Positions 40,021-49,288 are shown, numbered from the stretch's first letter. The stretch: DNA of 64,000 nucleotides from an uncultured Gemmatimonadales bacterium (GCA_963717315.1 CAVQWA010000053.1:18217-82216); one strand, 5' to 3'. Numbers and translations are program-made. Notes: generated by a model from the letters alone, not told the origin.

Positions 40021-41583
40021 ATGCCCCGCCCCAAGAGCATCCTCTGGGTGGACGACGAGATCGAGAGCCTCACCTCCCACATCCTCTTCCTCGAGGAGCA
40101 GGGGTTCTCGGTCGAGCGCGCCACCAACGGCGACGACGCCCTCGCGCTGCTCCAGCGCCAGCCGTATGGCGTCGTCCTGCTCGACGAGCACATGCCGGGG
40201 AGGCGGGGGCTGGAGATCTACCGCGCCATCCGGGAGGCCGACCAGTCGCTCCCGGTGGTGATGGTCACCAAGAGCGAGGAGCAGGGCACGCTGCGGGACG
40301 CGATCGGGGTCGAGGTCTCCGACTACCTGATCAAGCCGGTGAATCCGCGCCAGATCCTCTCGGTCGTCACCCGGCTGCTCGAGGGCGACCGGATCCGCCA
40401 GCAGCGGCTCTCGCGCGACTTCGCGACCCGGTTCCGCGACCTCGAGGCGCGCCGCGGCGCGGATCTCGGGTGGCGGGAGTGGGTCGAGCTGGTCTCCGAG
40501 CTGGCCGAGTGGGAGGTGCGGCTGGGCCAGGCCGACGAGCCCGGCCTGCAGGACGCCCTCGCCTCGCTGCAGTCCTCGCTCCGCCAGGACTTCGCCCGGT
40601 ACCTCGCCGCGGCCTATCCGCGCTGGCTCGCCGGCGGCGGCGACCGGCCGCCGCTCTCGGTGGACATCGGGGCGGAGTTCCTCCGCCCGGTGCTCGAGGC
40701 GGGCGGGCGCGCGCTGCTCGTGGTGGTGGACTGCCTCCGGCTCGACCAGTGGGCCGCACTCCGGCCGCTGGTCGGCGGGCAGTTCGACATCGAGACGGCG
40801 CACTACTTCTCCATCCTGCCGACCGCCACGCCGTACGCGCGGAACGCGATCTTCTCCGGCTGGTTCCCGGCCGAGCTGGCGCAGCGTCGGCCCGACGTGT
40901 GGCGCGCGCCGGAGGAGTCGGGGCTCAACGCCTTCGAGGCGGAGCTCCTCACCCAGCAGCTGCGCGAGCTCACCGGGCGCGACGTGCCGGTCTTCTATGA
41001 GAAGGTGTTCACCGCCGCCGATGGCGAGTCGCTCCTCCGGCGCCTGCCGGGACACCTCGCCCGGGACGGGGTGACCGCCCTGGTCTTCAACTTCGTGGAC
41101 CAGCTCACCCACGGCCGCACCGAGAACTCCACGCTCTACGAGGTGGCGCGCGACGCGCGGGCGCTCCGGAACCTCACGCGGACCTGGTACGAGCGGTCGC
41201 CGCTCCGCGAGGCGCTGCGCGAGGCGGAGCGCCGGCGGGTGCCGGTGCTGCTGACCACCGACCACGGGTCGATCCACTGCCACACCCCGGCCACGCTGTA
41301 CGCCCGGCGGGACGCGACGTCGCACCTGCGGTACAAGTTCGGCGAGGACCTGCGCCCGGAGGACCCCGACGCGGCGATCATGGTGGACGACCTCGCCGCG
41401 TGGGGGCTCCCGCCCCGGACGCCGCACAGCCGGCTCGCGCTGGCCACCGGCGACCGCTTCTTCGTCTACCCGACGAAGCTCCGCGAGTACCAGGCGCGCT
41501 ACCGCGGCGCGTTCCTCCACGGGGGCGTGTCCCCCGAGGAGGTGATCCTCCCGATCGCCCTCCTCACCCCGCGGGGGAGCTGA
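40021..41583 (+). CDS. PorX-like response regulator: CheY-type receiver fused to a PglZ (alkaline-phosphatase superfamily) domain
   Basis: 520 aa. Receiver ILWVDDE...LLDEHMPG......MVTKS, a coiled linker, then PglZ-like VVVDCLR.DQW, TPY.RNAIFSG and TTDHG. Confidence 0.8.
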   Translation: MPRPKSILWVDDEIESLTSHILFLEEQGFSVERATNGDDALALLQRQPYGVVLLDEHMPGRRGLEIYRAIREADQSLPVVMVTKSEEQGTLRDAIGVEVSDYLIKPVNPRQILSVVTRLLEGDRIRQQRLSRDFATRFRDLEARRGADLGWREWVELVSELAEWEVRLGQADEPGLQDALASLQSSLRQDFARYLAAAYPRWLAGGGDRPPLSVDIGAEFLRPVLEAGGRALLVVVDCLRLDQWAALRPLVGGQFDIETAHYFSILPTATPYARNAIFSGWFPAELAQRRPDVWRAPEESGLNAFEAELLTQQLRELTGRDVPVFYEKVFTAADGESLLRRLPGHLARDGVTALVFNFVDQLTHGRTENSTLYEVARDARALRNLTRTWYERSPLREALREAERRRVPVLLTTDHGSIHCHTPATLYARRDATSHLRYKFGEDLRPEDPDAAIMVDDLAAWGLPPRTPHSRLALATGDRFFVYPTKLREYQARYRGAFLHGGVSPEEVILPIALLTPRGS

Positions 41584-41586
41584 GGG

Positions 41587-43410
41587 GTGGACGTCCTCCG
41601 CCGCCTGCTGCCGTACCTCCGGCCCTTCCGCGGCCAGTTCCTGCTCGGCGTCCTCACCACCTTCCTCGCGTCGGCCCTCGACGGGGTGATGGTGGTGGTG
41701 CTGGTGCCGCTGCTCAAGCACCTCTTCGGCACTGCCGGCCCGCTCGGCGGCGGCTCGACCCGGCTCGAGGAGCTGCTCGACCGCGTGATGCAGCCGGTCC
41801 TCGCGGGCACGACGCCGGACCAGGCGGTCGGCCGGATCGTCCTGATCCTGGTGGCCGGGCTCCTGTTCAAGAACCTCATGAGCTACGCCACCTCGCAGAT
41901 CCGGGTCGGGATCCAGGAGGGGCTGGTCCGGGGACTCCGGGTGGAGCTGTTCGACCACCTGCTGGTGATGCCGCTCGGCTTCTTCCAGCGCACCCGGGGG
42001 GGGCAGCTCGTCTCCACCATCATCACCGAGGTGGACCAGACGAAGGGCGTGGTCACCGCCTCGCTCACGACCTTCTTCGAGAACCTGGTCCTCGTCGCGG
42101 CGACGCTGGTCATCCTCGGCCTCACGTCGTGGCGCCTCACGCTGGTCTTCCTGGCCGCGGCCCCGGTGCTGGTGCTCGGCATCCAGGTGCTGCTCCGGCG
42201 GCTCCGGCGGCACTCCCGCGCGCGGGCAAGGGAGCGCGGGTCCATCACGGCGCAACTGGCGGAGCGGATCGGCGCCATCAAGCTGATCCGCGCCTACGGC
42301 ACCGAGGCGCGGGAGTCGGAGTCGTTCGCGCACCAGGCCGACGTCTACCGCAAGCGCGTCCTGCGGACGCAGCGCTACTCCTCGCTCACCAGCCCGGTGA
42401 GCGAGGTCTTCGGCGGCATCATGCTGGTGCTGGTGATCTGGGCGGCGACGAAGCCGGGGCTCGTGGGCGGGGAGCCACTCTCCGCGGAGGCGATCATCGT
42501 CTTCCTCGTGGCCGCGCTCCGGCTGATGCGGCCGCTCAAGGCGATCACCCAGTTTCCCGCGGCGCTCGCCCTCGCCCTCGGGAGCGCGGAGCAGGTCTTC
42601 GCGCTGCTGGACGCGGCGCCGGGCGAGACGGCCCAGCCGGGGGAAGGCGAGGCCCGGTTCACCGCGGAGGTCGCCTACGACGCGGTCGGGTTCAGTTACG
42701 ACGGCGAGGCGGCGGTGCTCCGGGACGTGAGCTTCACCCTTCCGCGCGGCCAGGTGTTCGCCCTGGTCGGCCCCTCCGGGGCGGGGAAGACGACGCTGGC
42801 CGACCTGCTGCCCCGCTTCTACGACCCCACCGAGGGCCGGATCACGATGGACGGCGTGCCGCTCACCCGGCTCACCCGGCGCTCGCTCCGCGCGCTGATG
42901 GGGGTCGTGAGCCAGGACACCGTGCTGCTCAACGACACGGTGCAGGAGAACATCGCCTACGGCACCCCGGGGGCGACGCGCGCGCAGGTGGTGGCGGCGG
43001 CCCGGGCGGCGAATGCCGAGGAGTTCATCCTCGCCCTGCCGCAGGGCTACGACACGATGCTGGGCGAACGGGGCACGCGGCTCTCCGGCGGGCAGCGGCA
43101 GCGGATCGCCATCGCGCGCGCGCTCCTCCGCGACCCGCCGATCCTCATCCTCGACGAGGCCACGAGCGCGCTCGACACCGAGTCGGAACGGCTGGTGCAG
43201 CAGGCCATCGACCGCCTGATGGCCGACCGCACGGTGCTGGTCATCGCGCACCGCCTGGCCACCGTGCGGAACGCCGACCAGATCCTCGTCCTCGAGGACG
43301 GGCGCCTCGTGGACCGCGGCACGCACGAGGCGCTGTACGCCGGCGGGGGGACCTACCGCCGGCTCTACGACCTCCAGTTCCACGCCACGGAAGGCGAGGC
43401 GGTCGGATGA
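41587..43410 (+). CDS. ABC transporter, fused permease/ATPase (MsbA-like lipid exporter family)
   Basis: 607 aa with GTG start. Six-TM ABC_membrane domain, Walker A GPSGAGKTT, signature LSGGQRQR, Walker B ILILDEATSALD. Confidence 0.9.
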   Translation: MDVLRRLLPYLRPFRGQFLLGVLTTFLASALDGVMVVVLVPLLKHLFGTAGPLGGGSTRLEELLDRVMQPVLAGTTPDQAVGRIVLILVAGLLFKNLMSYATSQIRVGIQEGLVRGLRVELFDHLLVMPLGFFQRTRGGQLVSTIITEVDQTKGVVTASLTTFFENLVLVAATLVILGLTSWRLTLVFLAAAPVLVLGIQVLLRRLRRHSRARARERGSITAQLAERIGAIKLIRAYGTEARESESFAHQADVYRKRVLRTQRYSSLTSPVSEVFGGIMLVLVIWAATKPGLVGGEPLSAEAIIVFLVAALRLMRPLKAITQFPAALALALGSAEQVFALLDAAPGETAQPGEGEARFTAEVAYDAVGFSYDGEAAVLRDVSFTLPRGQVFALVGPSGAGKTTLADLLPRFYDPTEGRITMDGVPLTRLTRRSLRALMGVVSQDTVLLNDTVQENIAYGTPGATRAQVVAAARAANAEEFILALPQGYDTMLGERGTRLSGGQRQRIAIARALLRDPPILILDEATSALDTESERLVQQAIDRLMADRTVLVIAHRLATVRNADQILVLEDGRLVDRGTHEALYAGGGTYRRLYDLQFHATEGEAVG

Positions 43411-44399
43411 CGGCGCCCGCCGCGTCGCGCACCGTGCTGCTGGTCGCGCCCGCCGACGCGGGCCTGCACGCCCACGCCGCCCTCCGCCGCCGCGCCCTCG
43501 AGCGGCTCGGCTGGGCCGTCCATCACGTGAACTCCGGCCGGGAGGGCGGGTTCCTCTCGCGGTTCACCGGCGGGAGCGACCTCCGCACCCGCCTCGCCCG
43601 TGCACTCGACGCGGCCCGGCCCGACCTCGTCCTCGTCGCCGGGGAGCAGGCGCTCGGCGGGGACACGATCGCGGCGCTCCGGCCCCGCAGCGCCGCGCGC
43701 TGGGTGGCCTGGTTCCCTCACGGGCTCGAGTCGGCGGAATCGCTCTGGGAGGAGGCGCAGGCCTACGACCGGGTCTTCGCCAGCGGGTCCGACGTCGCCG
43801 GGCTGCTCGCCGAGCGGCGCCGCGACACGCCGGAGTGGCTGGCGCCGGCCTGCGATCCCTCGGTTCACCGGCCCCTCCGGGCCGGCGGGGAATTCCGCGC
43901 CAATGTCGTCTTCGCCGGGCGGGCCACCGCCCGCCGGGAGGCGCTCCTGGCGCAGCTGGTCGAGTTCGGCCTCGCGGTCTGGGGGCCGGGCTGGCGGGGC
44001 ACCTCGCTTCGCGATTACTGCCGGGGGGAACGGATGGTGATGGATGACTTCCTCCGAGCCTACGGCGGGGCGTCGGTGGCGGTGAACATCCACCACACCG
44101 CGGACGGGGCACTCGCGGGCCGGGACACCGGCTGCAACCGGCGGGTCTTCGAGCTCGCCGCGATCGGCGCCGCCCAGGTGGTGGACGACCGCGCCGACCT
44201 GCACGGCGCCTTCACCGAGGGGGAGGAGCTGCGAGTCTTCCGCTCGGCGCACGAGCTCCGCGCGCAAGTCGAGGCGCTGCTCCACGACCTTCCGGGCGCC
44301 GAGGCGATGGGCGAGGCTGCCCGCCGCCGGGCCATCGCCGAGCACACCTACATGCACCGCCTGCGGCAGCTGGTGCGGGCCGTGGGTTTTGCGTCGTGA
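43407..44399 (+). CDS. CgeB-family (DUF3880-like) glycosyltransferase, paralog 1
   Basis: In-frame ATG at 43407 (ATGA overlap with the ABC gene), 330 aa. Motifs: F.G....R......L....L.VWGPGW, N.R.FE.AA.GA, H.YM.R. Similar along its length to the gene at 47044-48078. Confidence 0.7.
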   Translation: MTAPAASRTVLLVAPADAGLHAHAALRRRALERLGWAVHHVNSGREGGFLSRFTGGSDLRTRLARALDAARPDLVLVAGEQALGGDTIAALRPRSAARWVAWFPHGLESAESLWEEAQAYDRVFASGSDVAGLLAERRRDTPEWLAPACDPSVHRPLRAGGEFRANVVFAGRATARREALLAQLVEFGLAVWGPGWRGTSLRDYCRGERMVMDDFLRAYGGASVAVNIHHTADGALAGRDTGCNRRVFELAAIGAAQVVDDRADLHGAFTEGEELRVFRSAHELRAQVEALLHDLPGAEAMGEAARRRAIAEHTYMHRLRQLVRAVGFAS

Positions 44400-45655
44400 C
44401 CCCGGCCGCGCGGCGGTGGGCGTGGGCCGCCACCGCGGTGGCCGGGGCCGTGGCGCTCTCCCTCTGGCAGCTCGGCCAGCGGACCGGCACCGACTTCCAC
44501 GTCTTCTGGCAGGCGGGGCGCGACTTCCTCGACGGCCGGCCGCTCTACCAGCGGGCGCCTGGCGCCCGGAGCTTCATCTACCCGCCCTTCGCGGCGATGG
44601 TCTTCCAGGTGCTGGCCGTCGCCCCGTTGCGGGTGGCCGCGGTGGGGTTCCACGCCCTGAGCCTGCTCCTGGTCGGTGTCGTGGGGCTCCAGTCGGTCCG
44701 GATCGCCGAGCGGAGCCTCCCCGGGCTCGGCCGATGGCGCTGGCCGCTCGCGCTGGCGTTCCTGGGTGGCTTCCACCTGGTGCTCAACAACCTCAAGCTG
44801 AACCAGGTGAACCTGCTCGTCCTGGCGCTCTGCCTGGGCGGGTTGCTCGCGGAGCTCCGGGGCCGGAGCCGGATGGCGGCGCTGCTCCTCGTGGTGCCCA
44901 CCCTGATCAAGCTCACCCCGGGGATCTTCCTGCTCTGGCTCCTGCTGCGGGGCCGGCGGCGGAGCCTCGCGGCGGCGGCGGTCCTGACCCCGCTGCTCCT
45001 CGCCGCGCCGCTGGTACAGCGTGGGCCGGCCCGCGGGGTGGCGGATTACCGGGAATACGTCGAGAGCTTCCTCGGGGGGTTCGCCCGCGGCCGCGTCGTC
45101 CGCGACGTCACGAACCAGGGGCTCGCGGCCGCGGTCCACCGCGCCACGATGGCGCCGGAGGGCCCGGATCAGCGGAACTGGGTGCTGGTGCCGCTCGGGG
45201 AGCGCGCCGCGGCGGCGGCAACCCGCGCCGCGCCCGTGGCCGTGCTGCTCGCGCTGATCGCGGCACTCGCCCTCCTCGCCCGCACGCGGCGCCCGGTGGG
45301 CGCCCACGAGCTCGCGGCGGTCTTCCTCGCGATGCACCTCGTCTCGCCGATCACGTGGAAGGCGCACCTGGTGAGCCTCCTCTTCGTGTTCTTCGTCCTG
45401 CTCGCGACTCCCCTGGCTGGCCTCCCGCGGGGCGGGCGCTGGCTGGTGCGCGGCCTCGGCGCCGCGTGCGTGGCCACCGGCTTCGCCGGGCGCGACCTCG
45501 TCGGCCGCGAGATGCACCTCCGGCTCGGCGGCTACAGCCTCTTCGCGTGGCTCATGCTCGCCCTCTTCGGCGTGATGCTCTGGCTCACGTTCCGCCAGCC
45601 GGCCGGGGCGCCGCAGGACTCGCCGGGCGGGAACGGGCCGGCACCGGCGGGCTGA
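44396..45655 (+). CDS. DUF2029/GT87-like polytopic membrane glycosyltransferase (GT-C fold)
   Basis: 419 aa with GTG start (GTGA overlap). Motifs: DF.VFW.AG......PLY, YPP.AA, many TM segments, and SPITWKAHLV. Confidence 0.8.
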   Translation: MTPAARRWAWAATAVAGAVALSLWQLGQRTGTDFHVFWQAGRDFLDGRPLYQRAPGARSFIYPPFAAMVFQVLAVAPLRVAAVGFHALSLLLVGVVGLQSVRIAERSLPGLGRWRWPLALAFLGGFHLVLNNLKLNQVNLLVLALCLGGLLAELRGRSRMAALLLVVPTLIKLTPGIFLLWLLLRGRRRSLAAAAVLTPLLLAAPLVQRGPARGVADYREYVESFLGGFARGRVVRDVTNQGLAAAVHRATMAPEGPDQRNWVLVPLGERAAAAATRAAPVAVLLALIAALALLARTRRPVGAHELAAVFLAMHLVSPITWKAHLVSLLFVFFVLLATPLAGLPRGGRWLVRGLGAACVATGFAGRDLVGREMHLRLGGYSLFAWLMLALFGVMLWLTFRQPAGAPQDSPGGNGPAPAG

Positions 45656-45724
45656 CGCGCCTGCTTGCGGGCCGTCGGCGGGCCCGGCGACATTCCGCGC
45701 GGCCCGGACCCAGGAGGACGGCGG

Positions 45725-46585
45725 GTGGTCAAGATCTCGGGGTTCACCATCGCGCGCAACGCGGTGAAGCTCTGCTTCCCGCTCGAGGCGAGCATCCGCT
45801 CGCTGCTCGAGGTCTGCGACGAGGTGGTCGTGAACGTCGGACAGTCGGAGGACGAGACCCTCGACGTGGTCCGCGGCATCGGGAGCCCGAAGGTCCGGAT
45901 CCTGGAGAGCACCTGGGACCTCGCCAAGCGGAACTACGTGCTCGGCGAGGAGACCCTCAAGGCGATGCGCGCGTGCGCCCATCCGTGGGGGATCTACATC
46001 CAGGCCGACGAGGTGCTCCACGAGGACGGGGCTCGCTCGCTCGCGGCCGCGATCCAGGCCGCCGACGGCGACTCCCGGGTCGAGGGCCTCCTGGTGCACT
46101 ACCGGCACTTCTACGGCGACTTCGACACCCTCGCCACGCATCGCCGCTGGTACCGCCGCGAGGTGCGCGCCGTGCGGCTCGATCCCGCGCTCGACATCCG
46201 GCCCTACCAGGGCGCGCAGGGCTTCCGGGTCGGCCCCGAGCACCGGAAGATCCGCGCCCGGCTCACCGACGCGGAGATGTTCCACTACGGGTGGTCGCGG
46301 CCCCGCATCGCGCTGGAACGGAAGCGCGAGGTGGGGAGGGCGATGTATCCGTGGCGGCCGGCGGGCGAGGAGCAGCCGCTGGTCCCGTGGATCCCGGGCC
46401 TCCGTCCCTTCACCGGCACGCACCCCGCCGCGGCGAGGGACTACCTCGCGCGCTGGCGTGGCGAAACGGCGGCGGTGGGCCCGCGGCGCTTCAAGCCGGC
46501 CTTCCTCCGGTTCTGGGCGTCGGGGGTGATCGAGCGCCTGACCGGCGCGCGCGTGTTCGAGTTCCGGAACTACGAGGAGGTGTGA
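45725..46585 (+). CDS. Glycosyltransferase family 2-like protein
   Basis: GTG at 45725 sits 7 nt after AGGAGG. The track start at 45665 is the alternative. N-terminus VVKISGFTIARNAVKLCFPLEASIRSLL..CDEVVVNVG.SED.T is typical of this GT2 subgroup. Confidence 0.75.
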   Translation: MVKISGFTIARNAVKLCFPLEASIRSLLEVCDEVVVNVGQSEDETLDVVRGIGSPKVRILESTWDLAKRNYVLGEETLKAMRACAHPWGIYIQADEVLHEDGARSLAAAIQAADGDSRVEGLLVHYRHFYGDFDTLATHRRWYRREVRAVRLDPALDIRPYQGAQGFRVGPEHRKIRARLTDAEMFHYGWSRPRIALERKREVGRAMYPWRPAGEEQPLVPWIPGLRPFTGTHPAAARDYLARWRGETAAVGPRRFKPAFLRFWASGVIERLTGARVFEFRNYEEV

Positions 46586-46588
46586 CTC

Positions 46589-46626
46589 GGGGAGGGGAGA
46601 GAGGGAGAGGGAGAGGGGAGAGGGGA
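46589..46626. repeat. Heptamer element copy d, purine (G/A-only) arm
   Basis: A 38-nt uninterrupted purine tract, GGGGAGGGGAGAGAGGGAGAGGGAGAGGGGAGAGGGGA. It starts 3 nt after the GT2 stop and ends 4 nt before the four-helix-bundle gene's stop. Confidence 0.8.
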
Positions 46627-46630
46627 ATGC

Positions 46631-46987
46631 TCAGTCGACGCGCAACTTCCTCAGGAGTCCGAGCAGCAGGCCTCGGCACCGGGCGTTCCGCTGGATGAGT
46701 GGCGCGACCTCGGCCTGCGGCACAATCGACGACATTGCCAGCAACTCGAGCACCTCCCCCGCTTCGACCGCGGAACCGTAGGCGATGCGTAGATGGCGCA
46801 GGAAGGTCCTGCGCCCTCCGGCTGCGTACCCCTCCGCGATGTTGAGCTGCACCGAGAGCGCAGCTCGCTGCAACTGGTGGTAGTAGGCGGATCCCGCTGG
46901 ATGCCAGTGGTCCCTCGAGAGCGCGAACGTCCCTCGGACGACGGCGTGCGCTTCCTGCCAGGCGACGAGGGTGCGGTGCGACTTCAC
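46631..46987 (-). CDS. Four-helix-bundle protein (23S rRNA intervening-sequence protein family, TIGR02436/PF05635-like)
   Basis: 118 aa with GTG start. Family pattern L.AWQ.AH......F, L..Q.QRAA.SV..NIAEG......R.F...L.IA.GS..E. GC content is visibly lower than in neighbouring genes. Confidence 0.8.
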   Translation of the reverse strand: MKSHRTLVAWQEAHAVVRGTFALSRDHWHPAGSAYYHQLQRAALSVQLNIAEGYAAGGRRTFLRHLRIAYGSAVEAGEVLELLAMSSIVPQAEVAPLIQRNARCRGLLLGLLRKLRVD

Positions 46988-47043
46988 GCTCCGACACTGC
47001 GCTGCGGCGTCACCCGGGTGGCATCATCCCCACGCGCACAGGG

Positions 47044-48078
47044 TCAGGGAATCGCAGGGTGTTCCCCCTCCCCTCTCCCCCCTCCCCTCTCCCCGATCTC
47101 GTAGCCCCTCCCCTCCACCAGCAGCCTGACGCGGTCCGCATAGGTATGCTGCGCGAGCGCGTGCCGTCTCCCCGCCGCCGCGATCGCCGCCCGCCGTCCC
47201 GGCTCCGCCAGCGCCCACCGCGTGATGGCCACCGCCTCCTCCACGCTCCCGTACCAGCGGCAGTGCTCGCCGTCCCGCGCGAAGACCTCGATGTCCGGTA
47301 CCCGCTGGCCGAGGTAGAACCCGCCGCAGCCGAGGATCTTCCACATCCGGTTCGACGCCGAGGCGCGGTCGAGGTCCTGGGCCGGCACCGCGTTCGCGCC
47401 CAGGTTCACCGCGGCGCCGGCCACGACCTTCGCGAAGCCGCGGCCGCGCACCTCGCCTCCCGCCACCGGGAGGTCGCGGGGAGCGCCGCGCCACCCCGGA
47501 CCGCGGATCTGCAGCCGGCAGGCGGCGGCGATGGCGCGAAGCAGGGGCCAGCGGTGCGGGAAGGGTCCCGAGCCGACGAACGATGCGTCGCAGCGGTAGG
47601 CGGCGGGGACGCGCGGGGCGGGGCGGTCCTGGTCGGGGTCGAGCCCCTGCGGCAGGAAGCGGACGACCGGCACCTCGCGCTCGTAGTCCGGTACCTGCGC
47701 GAGGTAGGTCACGTACAGCGTGCCGGCCAGCCGGGCCAGCGCCGTCACTTCCGCGCGAGGCGCCGGGTCGAAATACCAGACTGCGGCGTCGCGCCCGTGG
47801 AAGAGCGCGCGGAGCCGCTCCGCCCCGAGCAGGTGGGCGTGCCGGGTGCAGAGCACGAAGTCGGGCTCGAAGCCCCGCGCGCGGCGGTCGGCCACCGCGA
47901 GGCCGAGCGCGCCGAGCCGTCGCGCCATCCCGGCCACGTCCACCACAAGTGCGGCGTGGCCCAGTCGCCGGGCGCCGCGGGCGATGGCATCCTCGGTCTT
48001 GTGCCGCCCACCCGCGCCGAGGACGAGGATCCGGCGGGGAGGGAGGGGCGCGGTCGGTTCGGGCGGCGTGGCGGGCAT
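47044..48078 (-). CDS. CgeB-family (DUF3880-like) glycosyltransferase, paralog 2, with a repeat-encoded C-terminal tail
   Basis: Internal ATG at 48078 of the 741-aa track ORF, 344 aa. Motifs: RILVLGAGG, SFVGSG, IRGPGW, N.R.....GCGGF, HTYADR. The last 17 aa (GERGGGRGEGEHPAIP) derive from the repeat arm and the sequence flanking it. Confidence 0.7.
   Translation of the reverse strand: MPATPPEPTAPLPPRRILVLGAGGRHKTEDAIARGARRLGHAALVVDVAGMARRLGALGLAVADRRARGFEPDFVLCTRHAHLLGAERLRALFHGRDAAVWYFDPAPRAEVTALARLAGTLYVTYLAQVPDYEREVPVVRFLPQGLDPDQDRPAPRVPAAYRCDASFVGSGPFPHRWPLLRAIAAACRLQIRGPGWRGAPRDLPVAGGEVRGRGFAKVVAGAAVNLGANAVPAQDLDRASASNRMWKILGCGGFYLGQRVPDIEVFARDGEHCRWYGSVEEAVAITRWALAEPGRRAAIAAAGRRHALAQHTYADRVRLLVEGRGYEIGERGGGRGEGEHPAIP
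47062..47094. repeat. Heptamer element copy d, pyrimidine (C/T-only) arm, inside the 3' end of a glycosyltransferase gene
   Basis: A 33-nt pyrimidine tract, TTCCCCCTCCCCTCTCCCCCCTCCCCTCTCCCC. It is complementary in composition and heptamer phase to the arm at 46589-46626, about 435 bp away. Confidence 0.75.
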
Positions 48079-48102
48079 CGATCGGAGTAGTTTACACCCG
48101 CG

Positions 48103-49281
48103 ATGGCCTCGCCTCACCTGCTCCTCGGCTACGACTTCCCCCCCATCGGCGGCGGCATCAGCCGGTGGATGGGTGAGATCGCGCGGCACTATCCCGGCGG
48201 CGCCCTCGTCGTGTCCACCGGGGCCGCGCCCGGCGCCGCGGAGGCGGACGCGACGCTCCCGGTGCCGGTGGACCGGGTGGAAGTGCCGAGCGGCCGGCTC
48301 CGGACCCTCCCCGGGCTGTGGCGCTGGAGCCGGCGCGCGGTCGAGCTGGCCGACCGGCACGGCATCCGCTTCACCTGGTGCGGCAACCTCCGGCCCGCGG
48401 CGTATCCCGCCCGCTGGCTCCGGGCGCGACGCGGCATCCCCTACGGCGTGATGGTCTACGGCGGAGACCTCCTCACCCTCCGGGAGCAGGTCGCGCGCAG
48501 CCCGCGCAAGCGGAAGGTGGCGCGGGCCCTCCTCGGCGATGCCGACGTGGTCGTGGCCATCAGCCGGTGGAGCGCCGAGCGGGTCAAGGAGCTGGCCGCC
48601 GCGCTCGAACTGCCGGGCGGCGGGCCGGTGGTGGAGGTGGTGCATCCGGGCACCGACCCGGCGCGCTTCCACCCCGGCGTGGACGCCTCGCCGGCGCGTG
48701 CCGCCGACGGCCTCGACGGCGGGCCGTGGCTCCTGACCGTCGCGCGGCTGGTGCCGCACAAGGGCGTCGACGTGGCGCTCGAGGCCCTGGCGCGGCTGGC
48801 GCCGTCGCATCCCGGCCTGCGCTACGCCGTGGCGGGGGCGGGGCCGGACCGGGAGCGGCTCGGGGCGCGCGCCGCCGAGCTCGGCGTCGCCGACCGGGTG
48901 CGGTTCCTCGGCGCGGTGCCGGACGAGCTCCTCCCGGCGCTCTACGCCGCGGCGGACCTCTACGTCGGGCTCTCGCGGGAGGAGGGACGGGAGGTGGAGG
49001 GGTTCGGCATCAGCTTCGTCGAGGCGTCGGCCTCCGGCCTTCCCGTCGTGGCGGGGCGGGCGGGCGGCGTGCCCGACGCCGTCCGCGACGGCGAGACCGG
49101 GATCCTGGTGGATCCGCGAGACCCCGGCGCCGCCGCGGCGGCCATCCAGCGCATCCTCGAGGAGCCCGCGCTCGCGCGACGCCTGGGGGAGACGGGGCGC
49201 CGGGCGGCGGAGACGATGTACAACTGGGACCGGGTCGCGCGTGCGCTCCGGGCGCTGGGCGAGGCGCACGCGGCGGGATGA
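48103..49281 (+). CDS. Glycosyltransferase family 4 (GT-B)
   Basis: 392 aa. Motifs: FPP..GGI, RL...KG.D, E.FG....EA.A.G.PVV....GG.P..V..G.TG.LV. Confidence 0.85.
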   Translation: MASPHLLLGYDFPPIGGGISRWMGEIARHYPGGALVVSTGAAPGAAEADATLPVPVDRVEVPSGRLRTLPGLWRWSRRAVELADRHGIRFTWCGNLRPAAYPARWLRARRGIPYGVMVYGGDLLTLREQVARSPRKRKVARALLGDADVVVAISRWSAERVKELAAALELPGGGPVVEVVHPGTDPARFHPGVDASPARAADGLDGGPWLLTVARLVPHKGVDVALEALARLAPSHPGLRYAVAGAGPDRERLGARAAELGVADRVRFLGAVPDELLPALYAAADLYVGLSREEGREVEGFGISFVEASASGLPVVAGRAGGVPDAVRDGETGILVDPRDPGAAAAAIQRILEEPALARRLGETGRRAAETMYNWDRVARALRALGEAHAAG

Positions 49282-49288
49282 GCCCGCG

